The notes beneath the pieces were generated by a model. It saw only the letters and a program-made list of their open reading frames with translations. It ran no database searches and had not been told where the DNA came from. From positions 24,490,001 to 24,554,000 of the forward strand of contig OZ004613.1 in NCBI GenBank assembly GCA_963924565.1: a stretch of DNA of 64,000 nt, in the 5' to 3' direction. Positions within the stretch are counted from its first letter, which is position 1, and each line of letters begins with the position of its first letter. This stretch comes from Ascidiella aspersa. Its lineage: Eukaryota. Shown in pieces: positions 1 to 11,702 of this stretch. A program made the translations under genes and the position numbers.

Positions 1-60
1 AAATTTTGAGATTTTTGAGATGCGGAAAGACTTTTGTGGCTCTATTAATTATTCAAGGCT

Positions 61-142
61 TTTTAAATATAATACAAATACGCGAATTTTAAATATAATA
101 CAAATACGCGAATTTTAAATGTAATACAAATACGCGAATTTT
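61..142. repeat. Tandem repeat, 26-bp unit x3
   Basis: TTTTAAATATAATACAAATACGCGAA repeated three times with one substitution. Confidence 0.95.
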
Positions 143-326
143 CTTCAAATGTTTTAGTTTTTTGTAAAGACGTATTTTTTTTTCAGACGAACTTAACCTA
201 AACAGTATTAGTTTCAAAATATATTCCAAAATAAATCTCTCTAATTTAACTAACTTTTCAACAACCGAAAGTCTGTTTATAACTTATTTGCACTGCGAAA
301 AGTGTTTTTCTATTGAAACATTACCT

Positions 327-704
327 CAGTGGTCGGCAAACTGTGGACCTTTTAATCATTTTTAATCGTCCGTATTTTTAATAGTTTAGTTTTATCATGT
401 GGTATTTGGACCGCGTGACTGACAGCCGTACAACTATTGTACTAAATTTGAAAAGTAAGTGTGTGTGGCTTAACTTTGTGACGTCATTCTAAAAAATTGC
501 ATGCCTCCACTTTAATATTATTTCCAACAACAAACCACGATCTACCCTCTCTACCCCAAGATTAGGCACAAATGTTAACATTATCACCAGTTTAGCAAAT
601 CCGTGATTCTTTCCTGTTATCGTAGTGCTTTTACGTATAGTGGGCCTTTAATAGTTCTGAAAAGAGTATTTTGGGTCGCAACGAAATAAGTTTGCCAACC
701 ACTG
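327..704. mobile_element. Non-autonomous hAT-type MITE
   Basis: TIRs CAGTGGTCGGCAAAC / GTTTGCCAACCACTG; perfect 8-bp TSD CATTACCT (319-326 and 705-712). Confidence 0.88.
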
Positions 705-756
705 CATTACCTGCTGGTAGTTTAAATGCAACAAAAATTGTGCCAGGATGCGGTGC

Positions 757-808
757 AACTATTGTTTACTTGCTAACTGTTGTTTACTTGCTAACTATTG
801 TTTACTTG
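757..808. repeat. Tandem repeat, 18-bp unit x3
   Basis: AACTATTGTTTACTTGCT units just upstream of the acceptor at 816. Confidence 0.9.
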
Positions 809-816
809 TCACACAG

Positions 817-3800
817 CCTTCTCCGTTGAATGAAAGCCTGCAACTTGACCTGGACATTTCGCAACCTGAACCACTGACAACTATAAGCGACGAACTGACA
901 CAAGATACTTCTCTCGTAAGTACACTGCTGGAGGTTTCTGGCAAACTGTCCCTTTCAGCAGCTAATTTTTTTTTCTACCCTTACTTTGGACTATTGCGCA
1001 GTTTATAAGCTCGAACTGTAACTAACAACGCTTTTTTCTTGAAATTATTTCTTAAACAGATTTAAATAAACGTTACGGCTTAGGGTTACCGATAGGGTTC
1101 TTACCGAATGTTAAGGACATTTATACAGTCTCAAGGCGACGCGTTTATTTTTTGGGGGGAGTGGAGGGGGTCTATTAAAAATTGGTGCAGAACAAACATG
1201 TCTATAGTTTAGTAATCCTGTTTCATTTTGTTTTGTAAAGATGAATGAAACGGCTAAGGGAAAGCTTATCCAAATAAGTTCACAAGCGACTTTAGGAAGA
1301 AAACTATAAGTTGATTTGTGTGTGTTGGGTGACGGCTAGCATTGTTCTTATAGCTTCGCTTTAGAATGCAAAGGTCAATCGAAAGTTAAACGTCGTATTC
1401 TCAACACTTTGCTCAACCATGCAATAACACACGATACTGGGGCGGGGGCCACGGTTGAGAAGCGCTGATCTAGCTTACTGAATTGGGAGTCGCGCGATGA
1501 GTTATATGGCACTGGTTGGGCTACATTCAATATTTTTTCTAAATCTAAGTATAACGTCCGCATAAATTGTACCTTTTCTGATTTCAATTTGTAATTGTCC
1601 AAACAAATGCTCAACAAAATTCCAAACTAAGATGCAAATTGCTTACAACGCGAGAGGCAGAAAAATAAACCAAACATGGCGAAAAGTTTGATGAAATTCA
1701 ATAGGTTCGCTGACTGAAAAGTTTAAAAGTCCTGTCTTTACTATTTTAACAGTACTACAATTAAATTCGTAATATTAATTCAAAACAGCACTCTTAAACA
1801 TCCATGTGTCAATCCAACGATAAAACGTCTTGTGCCGGTCTCTTGTAGTAGACAGTACAATCCCAATTTGTTGAAATATTGCGTTTTTTTCGTGAAGACC
1901 GACCCTGGCCCGCTTAAGAAGCTGAATCTTGCAAAGGAGCGGAACACCAAGACTCCAGATGAACCACTGCTCAAGTCAGGCTTCGTCACCAACCCCAAGC
2001 GAAAGTACAACTCTACCAAACAGAAAATATCCTTTGTTATCCAATAAATATGCTGGGATTCAATATATAAACTGCTGCTACCAGGCATAGTAATAAAAAT
2101 CAGAAACAACTTCTCTGGTAATTGTAATTGTTAACCAAAGTTTCGGCAACCTATTGAATTCTTCAGGGTGAAGGACACCGAACAGTTTACCAGAGAAGTT
2201 TTTTTTAATTATTATAAATATGCTATAAATAAGTTTAGTCTACATTGTGCGTGTTTAATTAACGTTTTTATTAAATGGAGTAGATTTTTATGGAGGATTT
2301 ATCAACACTTACAAATTTGCACTTTAACAAAACGAATTAAAAAAAGTAAAAAGGCTTTAGCTTTGTTTTTTGACTGAAGACTTATTATTGATTTCTGAGG
2401 GAATTACAACTTAAAAACATTTGTCTGCAATTTACCAAACTTTGTTCAGTCTGAATTGTGCCTGTGTTCAATTTACTTTTTTCAAATGGAATAGTTTTGT
2501 ATGAAGAATTTACAAACACTTACAAATTTTTACTTTTACAAAAAATATTTAAAAAAAATAAAAGGCTGTAGCTTTGTTGACTTATTAGTGATTTCTAAAG
2601 GAATTATAATTCAAAAACATTTGTCTAAAAACAATTTGACAAACGAAAATATTGTCACTGCAGAACTAATAATTATTTTTCAACGATTATTTAATGTTAA
2701 ACAATTTCACTAAAATTCAGTCCCGGTTGTTGCATTATCGAACTCGCGCGGATTTCTCCTTAACCTTGTTGCCATGGTGACGTGCACACCTCGAGCTCTG
2801 ACGTCATCTCGTCGGATGAGAGCGCGGAAGAAGAGCAGCGCAGTGCGACCTCTCGTGGCCGAAAGGCAAGCAAGAAGCTCAGCTTTTCAAGGAATACCTC
2901 GGTTGCGTGAGTCGAAATCGTTGTTTGTTTGTATTTTGATTTGTTTAAACCAATAACGAATTCTTTCTTTTAAAAAAAGTAAGAAAACATTTTGCATAAA
3001 AATAAATGTACGCTTGAACCAGCTAACTAAATGACTTAAAACGAAAAATATCCGCCATTTTCGGCTGCACAATACAGAACGTCAACAATGCTGCCACAAG
3101 CGTTCTTTTTTACATGTGTCCTAACTGTAAGGCGACCTTGTCTACTATCCGTAATGAACTTAATCAAAAACTATACTTTTTGCTTATTGGCTGAGCAGTT
3201 AAACTGTGGCCAGATTACTACATAGAAAGCACGAGTTACAATGAACTTAAATTAATTTGCCTACTAAGTGAATCAAAACTAGATCTCGATTACTTGGAAA
3301 ATCAAAAACCTCGCTCCAATACCACTTTCCATATGAAAATACCCTCGTGGTGGAACCACGCCATACTGACGAGATGTTGCTGGGACAAGGCCTGAATTTG
3401 TGAAAGCATCACTAACAGATCAAAAAATAATGACATTGCCACTTCGCTTTCTTGCATTAATATTACTTTACCTCCCTTAATTGGTTTTCTAATGATCTGT
3501 TCCCGGGTCCGTTGTGTTGTATCGCAGTAGTTTTCAGCCTTCAGTCCTCGATATATTTTTTGCCGGCAGGTCCAAGGTTTTTTGATTTGTGCATTCGGCA
3601 CACTATGTATTTTTGCTGAATTTGGCTTTGCGAGAACTCCGTCTCCTATTTCTGTATGTTAGGACTGATTGAAAGAGTCTGTTCAACACAAACGCTCCGG
3701 AAATAGTACATAACACTCTACTAAATCTAAAATAATTTTGGTCTAATGACAGACATTTAGAATCAGCTGAGCTTAGGCCAGGGATTCTTAATTTTTTTTA

Positions 3801-6800
3801 AAGCGGACCCGTACAGTTAGTTTTGCATCGCGTAGCCGTAGACCATGTTACGCAAGAAATTTTTAAAAATGACTGCATAAACTGACGTCACAATACAAAT
3901 AGACTTAAGAAATATGCTGATTTCGGGTCAAAAAATTTGAAAGTGAAATAGAGTCGAAATACGTTCAGTGCTAAAACGTTTTATTAAACTTTATTTAAAA
4001 ATATAATTACTTCTACACTAATTTTTACACTAATTTTTTAATTAGCCTTCATGGACCCCTAAAACTAGTTCATGGACCCCCAAGTGGTTCATTGGCTCCA
4101 GTTTAAAAACCCCTGGTTTGGCCGAAAACACAATAAAAAACTAAGGGATTTTGCTGGCCACCAGAAAAGATTAACTTAATCGTGGTGCCTTGTGCTAGAA
4201 TTTTGCTAAAAAAATTATTTTCCGTAAAATTTCCAATGTTCTACTAACCTTTCCAGATTACCTATAGAAACCCGTATACTACTTTGTAAGCGTTGTTTAT
4301 ACCCAGCCCTATTTGTTTCATTAAAGAATGGTACTTTCGAAATTCTGGTTACCTGTCCATAAAAGGATTTTTGCATTGTGCTGTGATATTTATCGTTAAA
4401 GGCTGATTGTGACGTTAAGCCTTGTCATATTATTATAGACTAAAGCATTCCCCTATTTGCAATTTATAGAATTGTAAAAAAGACAAATGTCTCTTAATAC
4501 TAGTTTTCTTGCATAGTTATAAGTTTAAAGATATTTAATTACGCCGAAACGTGTTTATTTGATCTTTAATCGAAAGTTTGCAGAGATAAAGTATATTTTA
4601 AAAGCAACACACAGTTATTTGAATAATAAAATGTAGGGTCCATGTTTGTATAGGATTGTTTAACATGATCTATTTTAAACCACTATAATTGAACAATTAG
4701 AGCAGTGTTTCTTAACCTTTTTTACTTAGGGGCGCACCTAGAAACGTATGAAAACGTGGCGGCGCGCCTTGCGAGCGAAGGGAACGCGAAATTTTTAAGG
4801 TGTACCTATATTTCTCTTAAATTGTTTGCATTTTTGTATTATATGGGTTTTATACTTGCATATCTTTAAATGGACTTCCAGCCTTTGAGAATAAAAACGT
4901 ATTTTTGCCCGTTAAGTCTTATTCCGATTATTTTTGGAATGATTTTGACATTTTTTCCATTCGCTCGCGGCGCACCAAACAGCCTTCCATGGCGCACCAG
5001 TGCGCCGCGGCGCACCGGTTGGGAAACGCTGAATTAGAGCAACCAACTACATAAACAAGATTCCTGTATTTAAAGACACCAATATTATTCCAATTTATTA
5101 AAATTACTTTCTCAAACCTAATTTTTAATATCGGTTTGTTTCAAAGGTAACACATTTGTGACAGTGTCTTGAACTAGGTAAATACTTTTAAGTTAACATC
5201 CACTTGTAATTTGGTATTTGTACATAATATGCTTTCAAGCAACAATGCAGTTGCTGACAAGCAGATATTGTTTCATTGCACAATAGAAAACATTGCGTAT
5301 TACCGCGGTATTGTCACATAAGTGCCCTGACTGATAATACCGTTAGCTCATTTTAAGCTTGCATGCTTTGAAATTGGATTACCAATGAAAAAAGGTTGCA
5401 AAAATAGGCATTTCTAGCATGTTAAGCTGTTAGGTTTTGCGAGTTGGAATATCAATACTAAACAACAGTAAGCAGCCTTCTTAAATATTTGTGTTACAAC
5501 GAACGTCCAACAAAGAACGAGACAGTTTGCCTCACGCTATCGTCTGACGCGACACGCCGTACGTCTGACGGCGTCTTGCGTCGAACAATGAAGGGAAACG
5601 TCTGGCCAACGTTTTGTCGTTTTACGCACGCGGCGCCCACAAACGAAAAATTTACCTCCCGGTTAATGACAAAAAAATTTTCCGTCAATCTTTAGCTTTG
5701 CGCAGAGGCGATATCATAGCCAATGAGGTTTATCCGAGGCGTGATTATTGCTAGTTGAAAACTATACCCAATACCCCGCCCTGACGACGTGAAAAACCGT
5801 CGGCTGTGGCAATTTCTGAAGGATTCTACGGAATTCTATCTTTGCTTAATCATTTTTGTTAACCAGCATTAGGAAACCAAGAAAGAAAGCGTTTACTTTC
5901 TGCTATACTAGGGAAGGGTGGGCAATTATTTTTTACAGTGAGCTGGGTCAAATTTAGGATCTTTAACATACACAGTATGGCGTCATACTGTGACCCTAAA
6001 AAACAATGAAACTTAAGAAACCTGTTATTACATCGCGAATGTACAACTAAAGTTTAATTTTTGTTCAGAAAATGCTAAGGCGTCGCACCAAGCGTCAAAA
6101 AATTGCCGCTATTTGGTTTAAAGTTCTTTAATTTACATTTTGTGACGCATTAGGCACAGATAAAATATAAGCGAACTACTCGATATATTGGCATTATTCA
6201 AGTTATATGGGCGGGCGTGTTGACCCACCAGCTGCAAGGTTGCATAAAAAAACTTAAAAATATAGTTTGAAGCATCAAAATGCTTTCAATGCGTTCAACA
6301 TTTTGAGATTTTCAGTTGCAGATGTGTCACTTACGATAGAATGGTCATGATACAAACACGGTATGGATTGGACGAAACACGAAATAGTTGTATAAACTAC
6401 TAAACTAGGTTATTAAAATAAGGGGAATCAGGGAGTTTTATCGAATTGAATTTTCGTTCATATTTTAAAGACAGAGTTCATTCGTTCTACGCGCAAAAAA
6501 TGCATTAAAAAATACCAGCGGGTCGTACTTTGCCCAATGTCTGTACTAAGATGATGGAAATTTTTAAAGATTCCTGCGAGTTCTATTTCAACTGTAATAA
6601 AAAAAATTTCAACTGTAATAAAAAAAAAAAATGTTTTAGATAACTTACAACGATGCTTTTAAGGTCAACAGTAGTTTCATCTTTTTAAAATAGTATATTT
6701 CATAGCCTCACTTACCATGTTGTTATACTAACTAACTGAAAACGTCATTAGCATTTTATTGTAGATTGGGTCTGGCACGAATGAAGTGCACTCCAATACA

Positions 6801-9800
6801 AAAACAAATATAAGTTTGGTGTGTAAAATTTTGACATTTTTGTCAGTTTGGCATGTGTTTGCAAATGACTGAAAATATCGGGGTTTGATTTTATTAACTT
6901 GTTGCAGTTACGAACGAGCCAAGCCAAGCAAGAAACGACACAAGAAGAAGGCAAAAGTACTATTAAAGGTACACTTCACTTGTATTTTTAATGTATTTCT
7001 GTGAAAAAAGAAAAAAGCTTTGATATATATATCTCTCTAAAGTTAAACCAATTAGCCTTTACTATATAGTGATACCCTAACTTTAGAGTTAGACGAACTT
7101 AAATGCTAATTAACTAATTTGAAGTTAAATTGTAAAGCTCCATTAACAGAAAATGAAAAAAAATAAGTCTTTGTATGAGCGTTTTGTTTGTTTGTTTGTT
7201 TATGTGATTCCGTTATTTTTACGTTCATAACTTTTTACCTCTTTTTAGGTATCTTACGTTGTTTTATTTTATTTGTATTGTTTTTAGGAAAGCAGCGACG
7301 AAGAAAATGATTGCGACGTTGACAGCTCGCCTGACGTTGAGTAAGAAAAAAATCATGTATTGCACTTTCAGTAGCTTGTATCAAATATCGGCCCTGTTGT
7401 GGCTTCTGGTATTTTCATAACGTTGTTGTCTTAAAGAAAAAATACTTTTGGTATTTTCTACTCGCCTATATTTTTAGATAAAAAATTGTCCAGCAGAATG
7501 TAAATAATTTAGGTATAAACAGGAGTGTCGCGTTTACGTTGGCCATCACGACGTTATGGACTAAAGCGCAGTAATAAATATGTGTATAATCGTTAAGTAG
7601 ACTATGAACGGATCTATAATATAGCTTGAATACTAACTGGTGATGATACTTGTACGTATCAAAACGTCTCTTCCTCCAGATAACATCGATTAACTTGACC
7701 TCATTAGCTTAGTTATTCAATGTGTATTACCTTGTTATTATAATATGTATTATATTTCGTTCAATACAAATGGTATGTGCTTCAAGAAAAATAATGATAA
7801 GTTAAAAATGCTTAAAATTGACCTCGCTTTTGTCTGTTCTGCTCAGCGACGACATCTCGCGGTTATTGCGAGACGTGGTGAAGTTGTACAGACGAAAGCG
7901 AATCAAGAAGAACCGCCCGGTCAAGCGAATCCACAAGGTCATCGCCAAACACAACTGTGACATCAAGGTCGTTTGGCAGCAGTTCACTAACTCAAGGTTG
8001 CTCAACTTTTATTTTTTTTTTAAAGCCCTAACGATTTGCAACTAATACTTTGTTGGTTATTAAAAAGGCGGAAAAGTATCTGTTTAAATAAGAAAATAAA
8101 AGCTAGGATATCGGTTTATGTTATAGTTAATTGACATGTTTAAATACAGTTTTTTATTATTTTCTGGATAATTTAATTGTCATATCCAAAATCCGAAAAA
8201 AATTGTCAAATTATATAAGTCTGTACGCTAAAATTATGCCACAATAACTGGTTTGGATGAGTTCAGGTTTAGACAGCCGCATTTTTATCAAAAAGACTGT
8301 GTCAATATCGGACAAAAATAAGTATAGGTAAATCCCACAATATTTTAACAGTCTTTAGTAAATTAAATTGTATATTCTCAATCGCCTCATGCAACATTTG
8401 CTGTCGCAGGGACGAAAACATGGCCAAGTTTTCGGAGAATTTCGAGAAAATGACGAAACGCCACAACGTCTTGACCAAGAAGCTCACCACAGTTGAGGGA
8501 GCGGCCAAGGTTTGCTTGGGGAAGATCAACCGACTTTTGAACGGCCTCTACACGGAGTCCATTGCAACGTAAGTTTACCATACGTATAGTGGTTACCGAA
8601 GCGACTGACCCCACATATGTGTGCACCAGGGCTTCTAAAGTTGTGGTCCATGGATCCTTCAGGGTCTATGCTGAATTATAAGATGTGTCCGCTTGACTTT
8701 TAAATATAAACAACATCAACGTCGGAATAAAACACAGTTCGGAATATAGGACTCAAATAGGACTGATACCTATTGTAATATAATATTAACCGGTATAAGT
8801 CCAAAACCCGTTTAAATGGCCAGATCCGGCCTATACAACATTTTACCTATCCTCCAAACCCCACCCCTAAGTACATCACTAACTCCCCTAATAATTCCAA
8901 CCCTAACCCCTAACATTACCCACTAATAACCCAAATTGGACCAAAAAATCCGGTGCCAAAACAGCGGCGCCCAAACGTCGACATCAAAACGACCGATAGA
9001 CCCATGGACGCCGTTCGTCACATACCCTCTCCCTGCAGTTTCAGGGATTATTCTGGTCATTTAGGACTTGTTGGACAGGTTAGATCTTATTCTGTCGTGG
9101 ATATTACTGTCTATTTGGCTTTATTTTGTGGTTGGTCTTAATACTATGATAATATAGGTTTTTCTCGTTGGGTTTTGTTACTTTTTAGGTCTATTGTGTG
9201 TTCCCCCTCAAACACATAGTTCATGGTCCATAAAGCAAGAAGTTTGGGACAGTCTTCTTTTGAATTTTCTAATATAGATCTGGGAATATTTTATATACCC
9301 TGCTCCGTATTTGAATATGAATGGTGTTCCACGGGCGAAAACAAAGTTGAGAAGCCCTGGAATAAACGCTTTACATTGATTGATGCGGAACTGGGCATCG
9401 CGTAAAATGGGTTAAACTTCTTAATGGTTAATATATGTGAGCTCACAGAAAATGTTACAGGTTTAACCTAATTTTGTTTCAATAATTGTAGTATTCGAAT
9501 GAATGGGGTTCGTTTATTTTGGGACACCCCGTACTTAAAACTCGACCCCGACTCGGCCAAAACGATCGGATTAATGACTGACGTCCCAATTGGTACGCTT
9601 GTCAATCTGTCAGCGCACGTAAGCCTGGCCCTGGGGCTAGCTTCACCGTAGCATCGCTCATCCTGTGTATGGGTAACGCCCCTATTATTACCTGTCCAGT
9701 CTCGTCCGCAGGTCACGAATATGTCGGGCTGTTTTTTGATGTTGTTTGTAATCAATGCGTTAATCTGTTTTAGAGAAAAATGCTTACAAACCTTTTTTGT

Positions 9801-11702
9801 CCCCATATAAATAATTGTGCCACAACCGAATGCAAAATACCACACACGACCAAAATGGACTGCCATGTTTGTTTGTTGTTTTTAGTGTTGGTGCAGTCAT
9901 TCTGATAATTGGATTAAAATAAAATCGTAAACAAATATTTTATCCCCCCCGACAGAAGATTGCAGCGAAGAGTCGGTCAGTTGTAGAACTTAATTTGCCC
10001 CAGCGCGTTCTTCCAAAGCAAGTTTTGCGATCAGTGGGTTTAATTAGTCGGCCAGACAAATACCTATAGTTCATGGGTTCTTAAGCTATGGTGGTCGCTC
10101 ACATTAGTGGTGTGAAAGGTTGGCAACGGGTGCGCGATGACTTACAAAGAAAATAATATTTTATTTATTTAACATAAATTTTTGTCAACACGAATTACGT
10201 TTCTAAAATTACTGTTTTTACCGTGACTGAGTCGCATTGTTTCATGCCAGTCACTCAATCTATTCTTCTCAGTGACGTGAATCTTGTTTTCCGGTTTCTT
10301 ATATTCCAGGGAGGGGCACCAGGCCATGTTCCCGAACTTTCTGTTCGATGTTCCTTTGATGAAAAAAAAACATTGACTTTAGTAACAGTAAAACTACGTG
10401 GACTTCGTGGAAATAGACATGTTACTCGGAGGGGTGACTCGAGTTGCGAAATATTGTGTGAAGGGGGAGGCCATGACCAAAAAACTTTAAGTACCCTTGC
10501 TGTAGTTTCTCAACAGCAACATTGCCTCTTCCACATGGTAAACACTCGCCATCCTTCCATATGTTTAGTTGTTAATAATAATTCGCACATTGTTATCGGA
10601 TGGAAAGCTAGCCTTAATTTGGAACAAACTATTAGTGATATTTAAATAAAACGAACTATGGAACGCTCTGAAAAATTAATTTCAACTGGGTCGATCGGTA
10701 AGGTACAGCGTACATCGCTGTTCCTAGCACCCGTTAGACCCAAAAGTGATTTGTCGTTTATTTTTGTTCGGTCGCTGACTTAAGTGGTTAACATGGTTTA
10801 ATTAATTATATCGAAATCGTTTGACTTTTAACCTTTATGTCATTTGTCTTAGCTAATTTTACGCCACACAGTAATTAACAATTAATGTTTCGGTCGCCGC
10901 AAACAGGGCTAAGTACGACTGCTTTGCAAAAACGGCGAGCGTTTGAACAGATATCAACTTTTGTAGCATGTTAACATGTATTAATACTTGACTTATGTAA
11001 TGAACGAATTTGTACCGGATTGGCCGGCTTAGTAAAATACGAGCTAGCGGACATTCCTGTTGCTTTATGCGACCCTCCCACAAGTAATTTTCAAATGACT
11101 TAATTCCCGGTCAAGTCTTCTGCAAAAATAACAAGTCAAGTCCAAGTCATTGGTTGCCCTAGTCATGTCCCATCACAGTCATTATGAAAACAAGTCAATT
11201 TCAAGTCATGGCATTGACATTAAAGTAAACTGTTAAACTAATAAAATTGCTAAACTCGTCCGATTATGAGCTTAAATTTAACTAAAAATAACACAAACGC
11301 AATATACAGCACTAAAAGTGTTTAATGTGCAAAACTCGAGATAAATTTTAATGAATTACACCTAATTTAATTCAAAGGTATTTCACTAAATGACTTAAGT
11401 CCAAGTCAAGTCATTTGTCCAATAAATTGAGTCTAATCCAGTCATTTTGGTCAGGAGACTCAAGTCAAGTCGTTTAAATACAGTGACAAGTGCACTTAAG
11501 TCAAGTCAGTGAATTAAGTCTTTACAGCAGTGTTTTTACCTTTGAGTTGCAACTTTCCAGCATGCGTGAGATGCGAGTGGCGCATAAGAACCTGGAGCAG
11601 GCCAACCACAGTTCGACCAGCACCTTCAAGAAAATGCTCATGGAGCAAGATGCAAGGGCGCGGGCAGATCTAGACGAGCTAGTTCGTGAGATGACATTTT
11701 AA
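817..11702 (+). CDS. 3' part of a spliced gene encoding a disordered S/D/E/K-rich region plus C-terminal coiled coil; SYCP2/SYCP3 (synaptonemal complex axial element)-like. The 5' end lies upstream of the window.
   Basis: Frame-consistent exons: 817-915, 1898-2026, 2782-2906, 6908-6968 (an alternative in-phase donor exists at 6956), 7288-7340, 7847-7996, 8410-8568, 11561-11702 (TAA). All junctions are GT-AG except one AT-AC. The C-terminus DDISRLLRDVVKLYRRKR...IKVVWQQFTNSR/DENMAKFSENFEK...KLTTVEGAAKVCLGKI...ESIAT/MREMR...ELVREMTF* resembles my recollection of the SYCP2/SYCP3 C-terminal helices. The exon chain is solid; the family call is moderate. Confidence 0.6.
2104..2200 (-). mobile_element. 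Dispersed repeat with degenerate hammerhead core (Penelope-like pLTR remnant)
   Basis: The minus strand reads CTGAAGA...CGAAAC. A homologous copy lies at ~32453-32540. 14-bp inverted repeat AACTTCTCTGGTAA / TTACCAGAGAAGTT. Confidence 0.45.
2275..2630. repeat. Degenerate tandem duplication (~210-bp period)
   Basis: AATGG...AACACTTACAAATTT...AAAAGGCT..AGCTTTGTT...GACTTATT..TGATTTCT...AAAAACATTTGTCT occurs at ~2275 and again at ~2486. Confidence 0.8.
3779..4115. mobile_element. hAT-type MITE, older copy
   Basis: Ends CAGGGATTCTTAA / TTTAAAAACCCCTG, similar to the element at 36376; TSD not preserved. Confidence 0.6.
4703..5031. mobile_element. Non-autonomous hAT-type MITE
   Basis: TIRs CAGTGTTTCTTAACC / GGTTGGGAAACGCTG; perfect TSD AATTAGAG on both sides; subterminal GGCGCACC repeats. 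Confidence 0.88.
8627..9359. mobile_element. Probable hAT-type element, possibly with a nested repeat
   Basis: Ends CAGGGCTTCT / GAGAAGCCCTG with no clear TSD; internal CCCTAA-rich segment at ~8850-8930. Confidence 0.45.

Larger units (their letters stand above)
2027..2781 (+). other. U12-type (minor spliceosome) AT-AC intron
   Basis: 5' site ATATCCTTT at 2027, branch site TCCTTAAC at 2757-2764, terminal AC at 2780-2781 (a second in-phase AC lies at 2786-2787). The phase-0 join keeps the frame (STKQK|VHTSSSDV). Using the AG at 2719-2720 instead runs into TAA at 2761. Confidence 0.85.

Noticed and set aside
61-142. CRISPR-like array
   Set aside because: The repeats are head-to-tail with no spacers, and the context is eukaryotic.
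2761-2763. Apparent premature TAA suggesting a pseudogene
   Set aside because: The TAA is part of the U12 branch site TCCTTAAC inside the intron.
2768-2805. RFX X-box-like GTTGCCATGGTGAC plus CRE TGACGTCA as a promoter, and ORF 2774..2956 as a gene start
   Set aside because: The segment is better explained as the U12 intron 3' end and the following exon. The ORF-track frame hits a stop when spliced to the 6908 exon, whereas the acidic frame reads through.
3302-3601. Possible LINE endonuclease remnant (KVILMQES resembling DIIxLQET)
   Set aside because: It is a single weak motif with no other APE or RT motifs nearby.
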